From contig CBFIAK010000001.1 of assembly GCA_965660445.1 (NCBI GenBank), positions 224,001-288,000 of the forward strand: a DNA stretch of 64,000 nucleotides. Reading direction: 5' to 3'. Shown one piece after another: positions 30,155 through 39,969 of this stretch. A program made the translations under genes and the position numbers. Position 1 is the first letter of the stretch. Each line of letters starts with the position of its first letter. The stretch is from Patescibacteria group bacterium. GTDB taxonomy: Bacteria; Patescibacteriota; Gracilibacteria; UBA4473. The notes beneath the pieces were generated by a model, which worked only from the letters and a program-made list of their open reading frames with translations, had not been told where the DNA came from and did no database searches.

Positions 30155-30529
30155 TTAACTAATATCACACAGGTATTCTCCGCCAATGTTTTTTGATCGT
30201 GCTTCGTATCCAGTCATAACCCCTTGTGAGGTAGAAATAATAGAAATACCAAACCCATTCAATACTTTTCGAATTTCACCCGCTTTTATATATATACGTT
30301 GTCCACAATGAGAAACTCGAGTCAAAGTGAGTTTTCGTGGAGTCAATTCAAGTACAAGTTCTGGAAATTGACCACTTTCATCTTTTTGAGCCGATGATAT
30401 GAAATTATTTTTCTGCATAACGAGTGCCATTTCGTGTTTTACACGAGAATATGGTAATCGCACAGTGGTTTTTCGCGCACCTTGTGCGTTTCGTATACGA
30501 GTCAGAAAGTCAGCAATTGGATCTACCAT
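30155..30529 (-). CDS. rpsH: 30S ribosomal protein S8
   Basis: DPIADFLTRIRNA, ISTSQGVMT, GGE. Confidence 0.96.
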   Translation of the reverse strand: MVDPIADFLTRIRNAQGARKTTVRLPYSRVKHEMALVMQKNNFISSAQKDESGQFPELVLELTPRKLTLTRVSHCGQRIYIKAGEIRKVLNGFGISIISTSQGVMTGYEARSKNIGGEYLCDIS

Positions 30530-30573
30530 AAGAGTTATGAAAAATAATAAGTATAAAACAAAATAAAGTGTGT

Positions 30574-30798
30574 CTACCAAGACGATTTTCGAAGTCCTGG
30601 AATTTGTGCTTTTTCAGCGTATTCTCGGAAACAACATCGACAAATACCAAAATCTCGCAAGAATCCGCGAGGACGACCACATAACGCACATCGGTTATAT
30701 GCTCGTGTAGAATTTGGAATTGCTCGTCCTTCTTTTTTTGCGAGAAGGTATCGTTCCATAAGTTTTTGTTGTTTGACGACGATTGCTTTTCTTGCCAT
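30574..30798 (-). CDS. rpsN: 30S ribosomal protein S14 (Zn-ribbon type)
   Basis: [32 protein letters not shown]. Confidence 0.96.
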   Translation of the reverse strand: MARKAIVVKQQKLMERYLLAKKEGRAIPNSTRAYNRCALCGRPRGFLRDFGICRCCFREYAEKAQIPGLRKSSW

Positions 30799-30801
30799 GG
30801 A

Positions 30802-31362
30802 TTATTTCTTTTTAAAAGGAAATTGAAGAGCCTCTAACAAGGCTTCTGATTGTTTTTTATCTTTTGTAGACGTCACGATTGTTACTTGCAATCCGTGAAT
30901 GTGTTTTGAGTCTTCCGGTTGTACTCCTTCAGGAAACACTGTGTGATCAGCAAACCCGAGAGAAATATTCGCATTTGCATCAAAAATGTTTCGTGAAACC
31001 CCTCGGAAATCTCGAACCCGTGGATAAGTGATGTGAATCAATTTGTGTAAAAAATTGTAAGCCTCTTTTCCTCGGAGTGTCACAGAAACCCCAACAGGGT
31101 TTCCTTCTCGAAGTTTGAAATTCGAAACAGAAAGTTTTGCTTTGCGTATAACTGGTTTTCGCCCAGTAATCGCTTCAATATTTTTCTCAACAAAAGTATG
31201 ATCTTTCTTCCCAACTTTTTGAAGATACGAACCCATACCAACGTTCACACAAATTTTTTCAATTTTAGGAACATTCATAAGGTTTGAGATATTCAAATCT
31301 TTTTGAAGTTTTGATCGAACCTCATTCACATACGTGTCGTATAATGGTGAAATAACAGTCAT
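30802..31362 (-). CDS. rplE: 50S ribosomal protein L5
   Basis: VPKIEKI.VNVG, FKLREG, VTLRG, PRVRDFRG. Confidence 0.97.
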   Translation of the reverse strand: MTVISPLYDTYVNEVRSKLQKDLNISNLMNVPKIEKICVNVGMGSYLQKVGKKDHTFVEKNIEAITGRKPVIRKAKLSVSNFKLREGNPVGVSVTLRGKEAYNFLHKLIHITYPRVRDFRGVSRNIFDANANISLGFADHTVFPEGVQPEDSKHIHGLQVTIVTSTKDKKQSEALLEALQFPFKKK

Positions 31363-31367
31363 TCTTA

Positions 31368-31739
31368 TTATTTAGATTTAGAAGATTTTTTTACAGCAGG
31401 TTTTTCTGCTTTTTCTTTTGAAGCTATTACGCCCTTGGTAACAACCTCACCAGATCGAACCGCTACACGAACTTTTTCTCCACTTTGTTTTTCGTATCGA
31501 ATACGTGTTGGTTTACCAGTTTTAGGATCTACAACTGCCACATTTGAGATATGAATAGGAGCTGAAAATTCAACTCGGTCACCTGCTTGCCCATTACGAG
31601 CTTTTACATGTTTTGTTTTTAAATTAATTCCCTCAAGAGTAACGGTGTTATTTTTTTGAGATATTTTTGATACAACCCCTGTTTTACCACGGTCTTTTCC
31701 TGTGAGAACAATAACGGAATCTTGAATTCGAATTTTCAT
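31368..31739 (-). CDS. rplX: 50S ribosomal protein L24
   Basis: [16 protein letters not shown]. Confidence 0.96.
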   Translation of the reverse strand: MKIRIQDSVIVLTGKDRGKTGVVSKISQKNNTVTLEGINLKTKHVKARNGQAGDRVEFSAPIHISNVAVVDPKTGKPTRIRYEKQSGEKVRVAVRSGEVVTKGVIASKEKAEKPAVKKSSKSK

Positions 31740-32104
31740 AATACTTCAGGCGCTAATGAGATAATCTTTTGAAACCCTTTTGCACGAATTTCTCGAGAAA
31801 TCGGACCAAATACACGAGTTCCCTTTGGTTGGTTGTCGTTATTCACAATAACAACGGCGTTGTCATCAAAGCGAATCATTGATCCGTCTGCTCGCTTAAT
31901 AGGAGAAATCTGACGCACCACAACTGCTTTTTGAATAGATTTCTTTTTCACTACTCCTTTTGGAGCCGCTTCTTTCACAGAAACCACAATAACATCTCCA
32001 ATAGAAGCATATCGTCGTTTAGAACCTCCTAATACTTTGATACACATTACTGATTTTGCACCAGTATTATCAGCCACACGAAGCCGGGTCATATGTTGAA
32101 TCAT
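31736..32104 (-). CDS. rplN: 50S ribosomal protein L14
   Basis: [31 protein letters not shown]. Confidence 0.98.
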   Translation of the reverse strand: MIQHMTRLRVADNTGAKSVMCIKVLGGSKRRYASIGDVIVVSVKEAAPKGVVKKKSIQKAVVVRQISPIKRADGSMIRFDDNAVVIVNNDNQPKGTRVFGPISREIRAKGFQKIISLAPEVL

Positions 32105-32331
32105 GAGAGTACTTCAGATAAGGTCCAAGATTTAAGTTTTGAAATCGGACGACATGGCTTAATGATCACCGAATCTCCAATTTGAGCTGATCCATTTTCA
32201 GCGTGCACAAGAAAGTTTCGTGTTTTCTGAAATCGTTTTTTGTATTTCGGATGAGTCAAGTACTCTACAACTTCTACCTTGAGAGTCTTGTCACCAGATT
32301 GTTTTACAACGGTTCCTTTTTTGGTTATCAT
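32101..32331 (-). CDS. rpsQ: 30S ribosomal protein S17
   Basis: HPKYKK, GD.V.I.PCRPISK.KSW. Confidence 0.95.
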   Translation of the reverse strand: MITKKGTVVKQSGDKTLKVEVVEYLTHPKYKKRFQKTRNFLVHAENGSAQIGDSVIIKPCRPISKLKSWTLSEVLS

Positions 32332-32341
32332 GAGATATAAA

Positions 32342-32542
32342 TTATTGTTTTAATGAATGCTCTTTCTGAAGTGTCAGGATCTGAGCAATATTTTTTTTGA
32401 GTTTTTTGAGTTGTGCTGTGTTTTGGTTTTGCCCTGTGTTGACATGAAACCGAGCAACAGACCACTCCCGTCGTGTTTTTTTGAGCAACTCTTTGAGCTT
32501 TGTTTCTGATAATTGGCGGATTTCTTTGATTTTCATGGTCAT
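32342..32542 (-). CDS. rpmC: 50S ribosomal protein L29
   Basis: Position between rplP and rpsQ; EIRQLS..L, KKNIAQILT. Confidence 0.9.
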   Translation of the reverse strand: MTMKIKEIRQLSETKLKELLKKTRREWSVARFHVNTGQNQNTAQLKKLKKNIAQILTLQKEHSLKQ

Positions 32543-32958
32543 TAAATGTCTTTAGTAATAATCATGCATTGAAATGGAAGCTTGTAGGTCGCAAGCTTTA
32601 ACGCTTCGCGCATCAATTCCATATCAGCACCTGCCATTTCGAACAATACTTTTCCTGGTCGAATTTGACTCACCCATTTATCGGGTGCTCCTTTCCCAGA
32701 TCCCATTGGAACTTCTGCTCCTTTAGCGGTTAGAATTTTATCTGGAAATACGCGAATCCATACCTTTCCACCTCGTTTTACCTTACGGGTAATGGTTCGA
32801 CGTGCTGACTCGATTTGTCGAGATGTTATTTCTCCTCGAGAAATAGCTTTGATAGCAATTTCCCCAAATGAAATATCAGCCCCTCGCACAGAAATTCCTT
32901 TTGATTGGCTTCTGAGTCGGTGTTGTTTTCGAAACTTCGTTTTCTTCGGTTGTAACAT
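32542..32958 (-). CDS. rplP: 50S ribosomal protein L16
   Basis: MLQPKKTKFRKQH, QIESAR, KVWIRVFPD, MGSGKG. Confidence 0.97.
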   Translation of the reverse strand: MLQPKKTKFRKQHRLRSQSKGISVRGADISFGEIAIKAISRGEITSRQIESARRTITRKVKRGGKVWIRVFPDKILTAKGAEVPMGSGKGAPDKWVSQIRPGKVLFEMAGADMELMREALKLATYKLPFQCMIITKDI

Positions 32959-32983
32959 GCGTAATATAACGAAAAGCTGTCAG

Positions 32984-33011
32984 ATTGTATGAATACTTCA
33001 ATCATTGTCAA
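32984..33011 (-). promoter_or_regulatory. Promoter of the rplP-rplO block
   Basis: TTGACA-N16-TACAAT on minus strand, just upstream of rplP. Confidence 0.7.
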
Positions 33012-33111
33012 GTAAGTTTTGCCTCTTTTTCCTATTTTCTGTTTTTTGGGTTTTGAAAAACAAAAATTATTTTTTGAATTTTTCGAGAACGTTCCATACA
33101 ATAAACTCATC

Positions 33112-34626
33112 ATGAATAAAGTTCACCTTATTGTGCTCGATGGTGTGGGGTATGGAAAAAAAGATGCAGGAGATGCTTTTTTTCATGCTCATACTCCTTA
33201 TATTGATTCGTTATTATCTCAACATCCAAATACGACACTCAAAACATATGGTGCTTCTGTGGGCTTGCCTGAGTTTCAAACTGGGGGGTCTGAGGTAGGG
33301 CATATAACCCTTGGTGCAGGGCGTCCAGTAAAACACTTGCTTACGAAAATAAATGATCAAATTGAGTCTGGAGAATTTTTTACAAACCCTGTTCTTGTAC
33401 AATTACATGAAAAAGCAGCAAAACTCGGACGCATTCATTATATGGGGTTGTTGTCTGATGGTGGTATTCATAGTTTTCAGCCTCATTTGTACGGACTTTT
33501 GAAAATGGCTCAGTCGTATGGAATTGAGCAAGTGTTTATCCATGGCGCGCTTGATGGGCGAGATGTAGGGGAACGCACCGCTCGTGAGTTTCTTCGTGAA
33601 CTCGATACCAAAAATGGAACAATTGCGTCTCTCTGTGGACGATTTTATATGATGGATCGAGACCAAAACTGGGACAGAATTGAAAAATCGTATGCGGTTC
33701 TGACCGGAAAAACACCATCAACGAGCTCTGATTGGCAGTCTTATCTTGATGATTATTATGCTCATCACACAGAATCCGATTATTATGCGCAACCAGTGTT
33801 ATTACAGAAAGAAGGAGCGATGAGACCTGATGATGTATTGATTAATTTCAATTTTCGAACCGATAGAATGCGTCAAATTTCAAGTGCTTTATGTGATGAT
33901 GAGTTTTCTCTGTTTCAAAGAGATATACAAATAAACCCAAATAATTACGGAGTGTTTGGAAGCTATTATGAAGGAGCACATGTAGTATTTGCATTAGGGG
34001 GCGCGCAATCGATTCAAAACACTTTTGGCGCCGTCATAGAGCATTACAAAAAAACACAGTTGAGAATCACAGAGACAGAAAAGTTTAATCATGTTACGTT
34101 CTTTTTTTCTGGTGAACGAAAAGAAAAGTTCGAAGGTGAAGACAGAATTCTTCTTCCGTCTCCAAAATGCCCGAGTTATGCAGAAAAACCAGAGATGTCA
34201 GCACATGCTCAAACAGAAGCACTCTTAGAATCTATTGAACATCATGCTTATGATGCCGTTATTCAAAATTATGCGAATGGTGATTTAGTGGGACATTCGG
34301 GGAGTTTTAAAGCAGCTGTTCGTGCTGTTGAAGTAGTGGATGAGTGTTTATCGAAAGTTGTCCCGTTTATGAAAGAAAAAGGATACGATATTCTTATTTT
34401 AGCTGATCATGGAAACTGTGACCAAATGTTATATGAAAACGGAGAAGTCTGCGCTTCACACACAAAAAATCCGGTGCCATGTATACTCATTTCTGATCGA
34501 TATGCGTCTCACCATATGCGAGATGGTGGCACATTAGCCGATGTAGCGCCTACGTTACTCACCTTGCTTGGGTTGCCAATTCCAGACGAAATGACGGGGT
34601 CATCACTGATTATTGATTCTGAATGA
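33112..34626 (+). CDS. gpmI: 2,3-bisphosphoglycerate-independent phosphoglycerate mutase
   Basis: LIVLDG, SEVGH, SDGGIHS, DGRD, ETEK..HVTFFF, D.VGHSG, ADHGN. Confidence 0.96.
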   Translation: MNKVHLIVLDGVGYGKKDAGDAFFHAHTPYIDSLLSQHPNTTLKTYGASVGLPEFQTGGSEVGHITLGAGRPVKHLLTKINDQIESGEFFTNPVLVQLHEKAAKLGRIHYMGLLSDGGIHSFQPHLYGLLKMAQSYGIEQVFIHGALDGRDVGERTAREFLRELDTKNGTIASLCGRFYMMDRDQNWDRIEKSYAVLTGKTPSTSSDWQSYLDDYYAHHTESDYYAQPVLLQKEGAMRPDDVLINFNFRTDRMRQISSALCDDEFSLFQRDIQINPNNYGVFGSYYEGAHVVFALGGAQSIQNTFGAVIEHYKKTQLRITETEKFNHVTFFFSGERKEKFEGEDRILLPSPKCPSYAEKPEMSAHAQTEALLESIEHHAYDAVIQNYANGDLVGHSGSFKAAVRAVEVVDECLSKVVPFMKEKGYDILILADHGNCDQMLYENGEVCASHTKNPVPCILISDRYASHHMRDGGTLADVAPTLLTLLGLPIPDEMTGSSLIIDSE

Positions 34627-35657
34627 TATATCGAATTTTTGATCACCAATATAAAAAATCAGGGGTTTCTCTGATTATGACTTTTGGAGTGACATTCGTG
34701 GTTATGTTGATGGCGTTTTTTTTACTCACAGCTCTTTTGCGAACACTGCAAAGAACCGCTCATATTGAACGGTCAAACCAAATTTTTTATGCGGCAGAGT
34801 CTGGTAGGGAAGCCGGGCTTTTTCATGCCTCAGCTCGAGGTTCTGGGGTTCATTTTTGTGATACGACTATAGAATCAGCATCGTGTGATTTAAGTAGTGT
34901 TGATGAAACACTTCAAATAGAACACGAAGGAAATGGTATTACCGTTTCTTGGGGGATTCATGGGCGAGCGGCAGGGTTTGGAGGGCGTTTGTTTGAAAAC
35001 GATGTGTTAATGATTCCTCTTTCATGGGATTCTGCAACAGATCCTACACAGCCTATTACTCCACAAAAATATGATATAGGGCAAGGGCTTCAAGTTGGGT
35101 TTTATAGGTCTGTGCCAACAAGCTCTCTCTTTCGATCTAAGTTTGAAAACGGATTACTCCCTCCAGCGTTCCCTTCAGGGTTTTCGTTTCCACAAGATCA
35201 TTTGTTTCACTGGCAAGTGACGCATGAAGGAGGAACAATGGTTCCGTATGCGACGAATAAAAATAATCCGTGTGAGAATACATCATCAGTGTGTGGGGAT
35301 AATTCTTTTCCGTTTAGCAATATACAATGGAATGTAGCAGGAAAACAGGGATATATTTTGCCAAATGTGACGAATATTTCCCCAACAACACTCCCCGTAT
35401 TTATAGGAATCGGGAATACTCCGACTCTTTTGTTTCGACCAGTCACGTCTTATCAAGGGAATATTAATAATAACCCCGCCCTTATCGAATCTGTGCCCTA
35501 CATAGTAGGGGGTACAAATACCCCAAATGCTTTACTGGCGAAACCAACGTATCGAGTAGAAACACTTGTGGAAGGCGATGGGTTTCGTGTGGAAAAAAAG
35601 TCGACTCATCGACATGCAGTTCCAGCAGACCATTTAGGGTATGTTATTTTTGATTAA
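34623..35657 (+). CDS. PilX-like minor pilin / pilus assembly protein
   Basis: KKSG|VSL hydrophobic leader followed by NQIFYAAESG (PilX N-terminal pattern). Confidence 0.65.
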   Translation: MIYRIFDHQYKKSGVSLIMTFGVTFVVMLMAFFLLTALLRTLQRTAHIERSNQIFYAAESGREAGLFHASARGSGVHFCDTTIESASCDLSSVDETLQIEHEGNGITVSWGIHGRAAGFGGRLFENDVLMIPLSWDSATDPTQPITPQKYDIGQGLQVGFYRSVPTSSLFRSKFENGLLPPAFPSGFSFPQDHLFHWQVTHEGGTMVPYATNKNNPCENTSSVCGDNSFPFSNIQWNVAGKQGYILPNVTNISPTTLPVFIGIGNTPTLLFRPVTSYQGNINNNPALIESVPYIVGGTNTPNALLAKPTYRVETLVEGDGFRVEKKSTHRHAVPADHLGYVIFD

Positions 35658-35677
35658 GATCCTATTTCCTCTTTTTT

Positions 35678-36466
35678 TTATAAAACACTATCGAGTGTGA
35701 GTTGCACAGGGCAGTGGTCACTCCCTTGGTGATCCGTGAGATAGGTGATGTCTTTTACTTTTGGGGCTAGTGTCTTATCTACAAAAAGATAATCAATTCT
35801 CCATCCTACATTTCTTGCACGTGCTTTGGATATTAAATGCCACCAAGAATAAACATCAGTTCGATTAGGATATCGTGACCGAAAAACATCAACCCATCCT
35901 TCAGCAATAACACGACTTACCCAGGCTCGTTCTTCAGGTAAAAACCCAATAGAGTTTTGGTTTTCTTTGGGGCGTGCGAGATCTATTTCTTGATGAGCAC
36001 AATTCACATCACCACCCCAAATAACGTGTCTTCCTTCTTTTCGAAGCGCGTTTATGAAGTCCAAAAACCGGTCATAAAATACAAGCTTTTCTTTCCATGC
36101 ATCTGGTGATTTTCCGCCGTTTGGAAAATAAATACCAAGAATACACAAAGTGTCACCTATATCAATACGCGCAATGCGTCCTTCAGTGTCATTGAAATTC
36201 GGCATGCCCGTGTAAAATGAGAGGGGTTGGGTTTGTGTTTCCTTTTTAACCCATACAGCTGTTCCACTATATCCCTTTTTTTCAGCAGCATTATAATATT
36301 GAATATAGGCGGGATACTTTTTTTGAAAAGGTGTGAGCTGATCAACTTGTGCCTTGGTTTCTTGGAATAAAAGAATGTCCGGTTTATAGGTTTCAATGAA
36401 AGGAGCGAGGGCTTCTTTTTTTTCAACAGCTCGTAATCCGTTTACATTCCATGAGATAATATTCAT
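35678..36466 (-). CDS. xth: Exodeoxyribonuclease III
   Basis: ISWNVNGLRA, QETK, KKGYSG, YFPNG, GDVNCAH, GWRIDY, SDHCP. Confidence 0.96.
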   Translation of the reverse strand: MNIISWNVNGLRAVEKKEALAPFIETYKPDILLFQETKAQVDQLTPFQKKYPAYIQYYNAAEKKGYSGTAVWVKKETQTQPLSFYTGMPNFNDTEGRIARIDIGDTLCILGIYFPNGGKSPDAWKEKLVFYDRFLDFINALRKEGRHVIWGGDVNCAHQEIDLARPKENQNSIGFLPEERAWVSRVIAEGWVDVFRSRYPNRTDVYSWWHLISKARARNVGWRIDYLFVDKTLAPKVKDITYLTDHQGSDHCPVQLTLDSVL

Positions 36467-36476
36467 GCTGTTTTTT

Positions 36477-37118
36477 TTAAGAAAAAGAGGAAGGGGATAG
36501 TTTTGTTTTGAGGAGTGATTCTGCTCTCTTTTGTGTAAAATCGAGAGGTTCAAAACTCGTGATAGAAAGATTTCTTTTTGATTCGCTCTTTACGAGAGGA
36601 TCAAAAACATCATCAGGAAAAAGAAGGCGTATTTGTTTTCCAGCAATATGAGAAAGGATAGAGCGGGCTTTTTCATCACCAAAGAGGCTGTCGAAAAACA
36701 CAATAGTATCGCAGTGGGCATTTTTGAATGGGCGTATATGTTTTCGAGCAAGACGTCGAAATTCAACGCTGTCGTGAATGCCTTCGTGTATCATCGATAA
36801 TAGTATCGGTGTTGCCTGAATAGTAAAACAAACATGAGTTTGAGATCTTTTTGTACGGGGTTGATATGGAAACGTTGTTTTATTTTTTTCTATCCATTGT
36901 GCGGCGATTTGATTGGATCGTTCATAAAAAAGACCAATACGTCCGAATGGAGTTTCTTGTATGGCTTTTTGCATCAGTGGTGCGTAGAGTGTTTCTTGTG
37001 TTTGAGGAGATGTCTTGGGATCTATATGCATACGAATAGAAAGAGCTTGGTGTTGTCGTAAAAGGTGTCGTGCTAAAACAAACACTCCAAAATCAGAACC
37101 AGTTATTTCTATGCTCAT
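36477..37118 (-). CDS. Degenerate glutamate racemase (MurI)-fold protein, no catalytic cysteine motifs
   Basis: Segments align by eye with MurI (see finding); ACNT segment deleted, GCTH replaced by FDSL. Confidence 0.55.
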   Translation of the reverse strand: MSIEITGSDFGVFVLARHLLRQHQALSIRMHIDPKTSPQTQETLYAPLMQKAIQETPFGRIGLFYERSNQIAAQWIEKNKTTFPYQPRTKRSQTHVCFTIQATPILLSMIHEGIHDSVEFRRLARKHIRPFKNAHCDTIVFFDSLFGDEKARSILSHIAGKQIRLLFPDDVFDPLVKSESKRNLSITSFEPLDFTQKRAESLLKTKLSPSSFS

Positions 37119-37238
37119 GTATGAGTGTGTATACTAAAAAATCAAAGAAAAAACAATTTTTTTTAAAAGACAGAGAATGAATTTACTTTTTTCGTGTTCT
37201 GGCTACTATTGCGGTGTATTTTTAATTTTCTTGTATTT

Positions 37239-39002
37239 ATGGAGGCTCGTGAAATTGGTGTTCGCAGAAGACATACTGGTTCACATATTATGACCTATGC
37301 AGTGAAAATGACGTTCCCTGATATTGATATTCAATTAGGAGTCGGACCGTGGACTGATACAGAATACTATCAAGATTTTGATTTTGCAGGACACTCAGTA
37401 TCTGAAAAAGATTTTAAAGCAATTGAGAAGAAAATGAGATGGATTGTGAATAAAAATTTTCGTATTGAAAAAAAAATATTCACAGAAACCGAAGCCCGAA
37501 AAGAATGGGCTCATGACAAATATAAACAAGAATTGATTGATGGTATTGTCGAAAGAAAAGAACCTATTTCAGCTTATGATTTTCTTGATGAAGAAGGGAA
37601 TGTGCGATATCGAGATATTTGTGCCGGTCCTCATTTAGAGACAACGGGCGACTTGGGAGTTTTTAAACTCACTCGTATCGCAGGGTCGTATTGGCGAGGA
37701 GATGCAGATCGAGAAATGCTGACTCGTATTTACGGAGTTGCATTTGAAACAGAAGATGAGTTGAACGCCTACGAGCAGTTTTTAGAAGAAGCGGCACGTC
37801 GTGATCACCGAAAACTTGGAAAAGAACTAGGACTCTTTGCGTTTTCAGAAAAAGTAGGATCAGGATTGCCTCTTTTTACACCAAAAGGAACTTTTATTCG
37901 TGATGCAATTGCGAACACTATTCAAGATATTCAAAAAGAGTTTGGGTACCAAAAAGTTTGTATTCCTCATATCACAAAAAAAGATTTATACGAAACTTCT
38001 GGTCATTGGGCAAAATTTAAAGACGATTTGTTTCATGTTCATGGAAAAGGTGATGTGCAGTTTGTTATGAAACCTATGAATTGCCCGCATCACACTCAGA
38101 TTTATGCATCACAAATGCGATCATATCGTGATCTGCCTTTGCGTTTTGCCGAAACCACAACGTGTTATCGAGATGAACAACCCGGAGAACTTTTGGGGCT
38201 TTCTCGTGTGCGAGCATTAACGCAAGATGATGGACATGTGTTTTGTCGTGTCGCACAAATAGAAGAAGAAGCAAGAAATATTGTCAAAGTTATTCGTGCG
38301 TTTTACACAAAACTAGGCATGTTTGAACCCGGAAAGTTTTGGGTGTCGTTATCGGTTCGAGATATGACAAAATCGGATTCGTATTTAGGAGATATTGCTC
38401 ATTGGGAAAAAGCGGAATCAATGTTACAACAGGTAGCAGAAAAAGAGGGTTTGAATTATAAACGAGTAGAGGGAGAATGTGCATTTTATGGTCCAAAGCT
38501 CGACTTCATGTTTCAAGATGCGCTCGGAAGAGAATGGCAACTGGCAACGATTCAAATTGATTTTGTGATGCCCGATCGGTTTAATTTGGAGTATGTAAAT
38601 GAAAAAGGTGAAAAAGAGCGTCCAGTTATGATTCATAGAGCTATTGCGGGATCATTGGAACGATTTATGTCGGTGATTATTGAACATTTTGCAGGGGCTT
38701 TTCCGTTGTGGCTGTCGCCTGTGCAAGCGCATATTGTGCCCGTTCGTGAAGACCATATGGATTATGCGTATGAGTTGAAACAAAATATTGAAGCTGTCGG
38801 GGGGCGTGTAGAAGTGCTTGATACATCTGAAACGCTCGGGAAACGTGTGAGAAATTCTCAGACACAAAAAATTCCGTATACGCTGATTATTGGAGACGCA
38901 GAAGTGAGTCATAAAACCGTTACTATTCGGAAATATGGAGAGACAACGGATAAAGAAGTATCCATTGAGACTTTTATAGATATAATAAAAAAAGCAGATT
39001 GA
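37239..39002 (+). CDS. thrS: Threonine--tRNA ligase (no N-terminal TGS domain)
   Basis: RDHRKLG, ETSGHW, KPMNCPHH, LSRVR..TQDDGH, FYGPKLD, PVMIHRAI.GSLERF. Confidence 0.98.
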   Translation: MEAREIGVRRRHTGSHIMTYAVKMTFPDIDIQLGVGPWTDTEYYQDFDFAGHSVSEKDFKAIEKKMRWIVNKNFRIEKKIFTETEARKEWAHDKYKQELIDGIVERKEPISAYDFLDEEGNVRYRDICAGPHLETTGDLGVFKLTRIAGSYWRGDADREMLTRIYGVAFETEDELNAYEQFLEEAARRDHRKLGKELGLFAFSEKVGSGLPLFTPKGTFIRDAIANTIQDIQKEFGYQKVCIPHITKKDLYETSGHWAKFKDDLFHVHGKGDVQFVMKPMNCPHHTQIYASQMRSYRDLPLRFAETTTCYRDEQPGELLGLSRVRALTQDDGHVFCRVAQIEEEARNIVKVIRAFYTKLGMFEPGKFWVSLSVRDMTKSDSYLGDIAHWEKAESMLQQVAEKEGLNYKRVEGECAFYGPKLDFMFQDALGREWQLATIQIDFVMPDRFNLEYVNEKGEKERPVMIHRAIAGSLERFMSVIIEHFAGAFPLWLSPVQAHIVPVREDHMDYAYELKQNIEAVGGRVEVLDTSETLGKRVRNSQTQKIPYTLIIGDAEVSHKTVTIRKYGETTDKEVSIETFIDIIKKAD

Positions 39003-39087
39003 TGTTTCTTTGGGTGTTTCCTTGTTCTATACACTTGCTTTTTCTCTTCATTCAGCTATACTATAAAGATTTGATATTCTTTGTATT

Positions 39088-39969
39088 ATGCAGGTGATTC
39101 CAGATATAGAAATAGTTTTACAAGAAGCTTTACAGCCATTTTATAGCAGTGATTTACTCGCACGATCTTTTTTAAGAATAGGATTGCCTCGCTATATTGC
39201 CTATAAAATAGCACACAATATTTGGGAAACGTTAGATAATGAAGGGAAAGATGAACAAAAACTCTACAATAGGGCTTGTTCTCTTGTAAAAAAGGATTAT
39301 CCGACATTATTACCAGCGTATAAAAAATGGGCACGAATAATGAAACAAAAGAAACCGTTTATTATTTTAGTTGCAGGTGGAACAGGAATTGGCACTTCAA
39401 CATTAGCGGTTCGATTGGCATGGCTTATGGAAATTAATCATATTGTTTCAACCGATTCAGTTCGTGAAATAGTGCGGAGATTTTTGCCAGCTAAAATAGC
39501 ACCTGCATTAAGTGTTTCTACTTATCAAACCGCGACAATGGTGAAAGGGGTTCGATCTTCGAAAGATGCGCTTATTTTTGGGTTTCTTTCTCAGTCTCAA
39601 AAGGTTCTTTATGGAATAGAATCAGTTATTCAAAGATCGATCAAGGAACAAGAAGATATTATTATAGAAGGTATTCATTTAGTGCCAGGAGAAATGGATT
39701 TTATAAAAAAATATAAGAAAAAAGCTCATATTATTGAAATTATGCTTGATGTGCATAAGGAGAATGATCATAAACAACATTTTTTAACTCGTCATCTACA
39801 AAATGCAAACCGAATACAAAAACGATATTTAAATCATTTTAAAGAAATTAGAATTATTCAAAATTTTTTAGTACAAAGGGCTCATGTCAATAATATTTGT
39901 GTTATTGAGAACTATAACTTAAAAAAAGTAGAAAAAAAGATACTTGATCATATCTATTCACAATTATGA
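39088..39969 (+). CDS. pgk2: 2-phosphoglycerate kinase (archaeal type)
   Basis: ATP-cone-like PF.S..LARS, variant P-loop GGTGIGTST, STDSVREIVR, IIEGIHLVP. Confidence 0.85.
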   Translation: MQVIPDIEIVLQEALQPFYSSDLLARSFLRIGLPRYIAYKIAHNIWETLDNEGKDEQKLYNRACSLVKKDYPTLLPAYKKWARIMKQKKPFIILVAGGTGIGTSTLAVRLAWLMEINHIVSTDSVREIVRRFLPAKIAPALSVSTYQTATMVKGVRSSKDALIFGFLSQSQKVLYGIESVIQRSIKEQEDIIIEGIHLVPGEMDFIKKYKKKAHIIEIMLDVHKENDHKQHFLTRHLQNANRIQKRYLNHFKEIRIIQNFLVQRAHVNNICVIENYNLKKVEKKILDHIYSQL

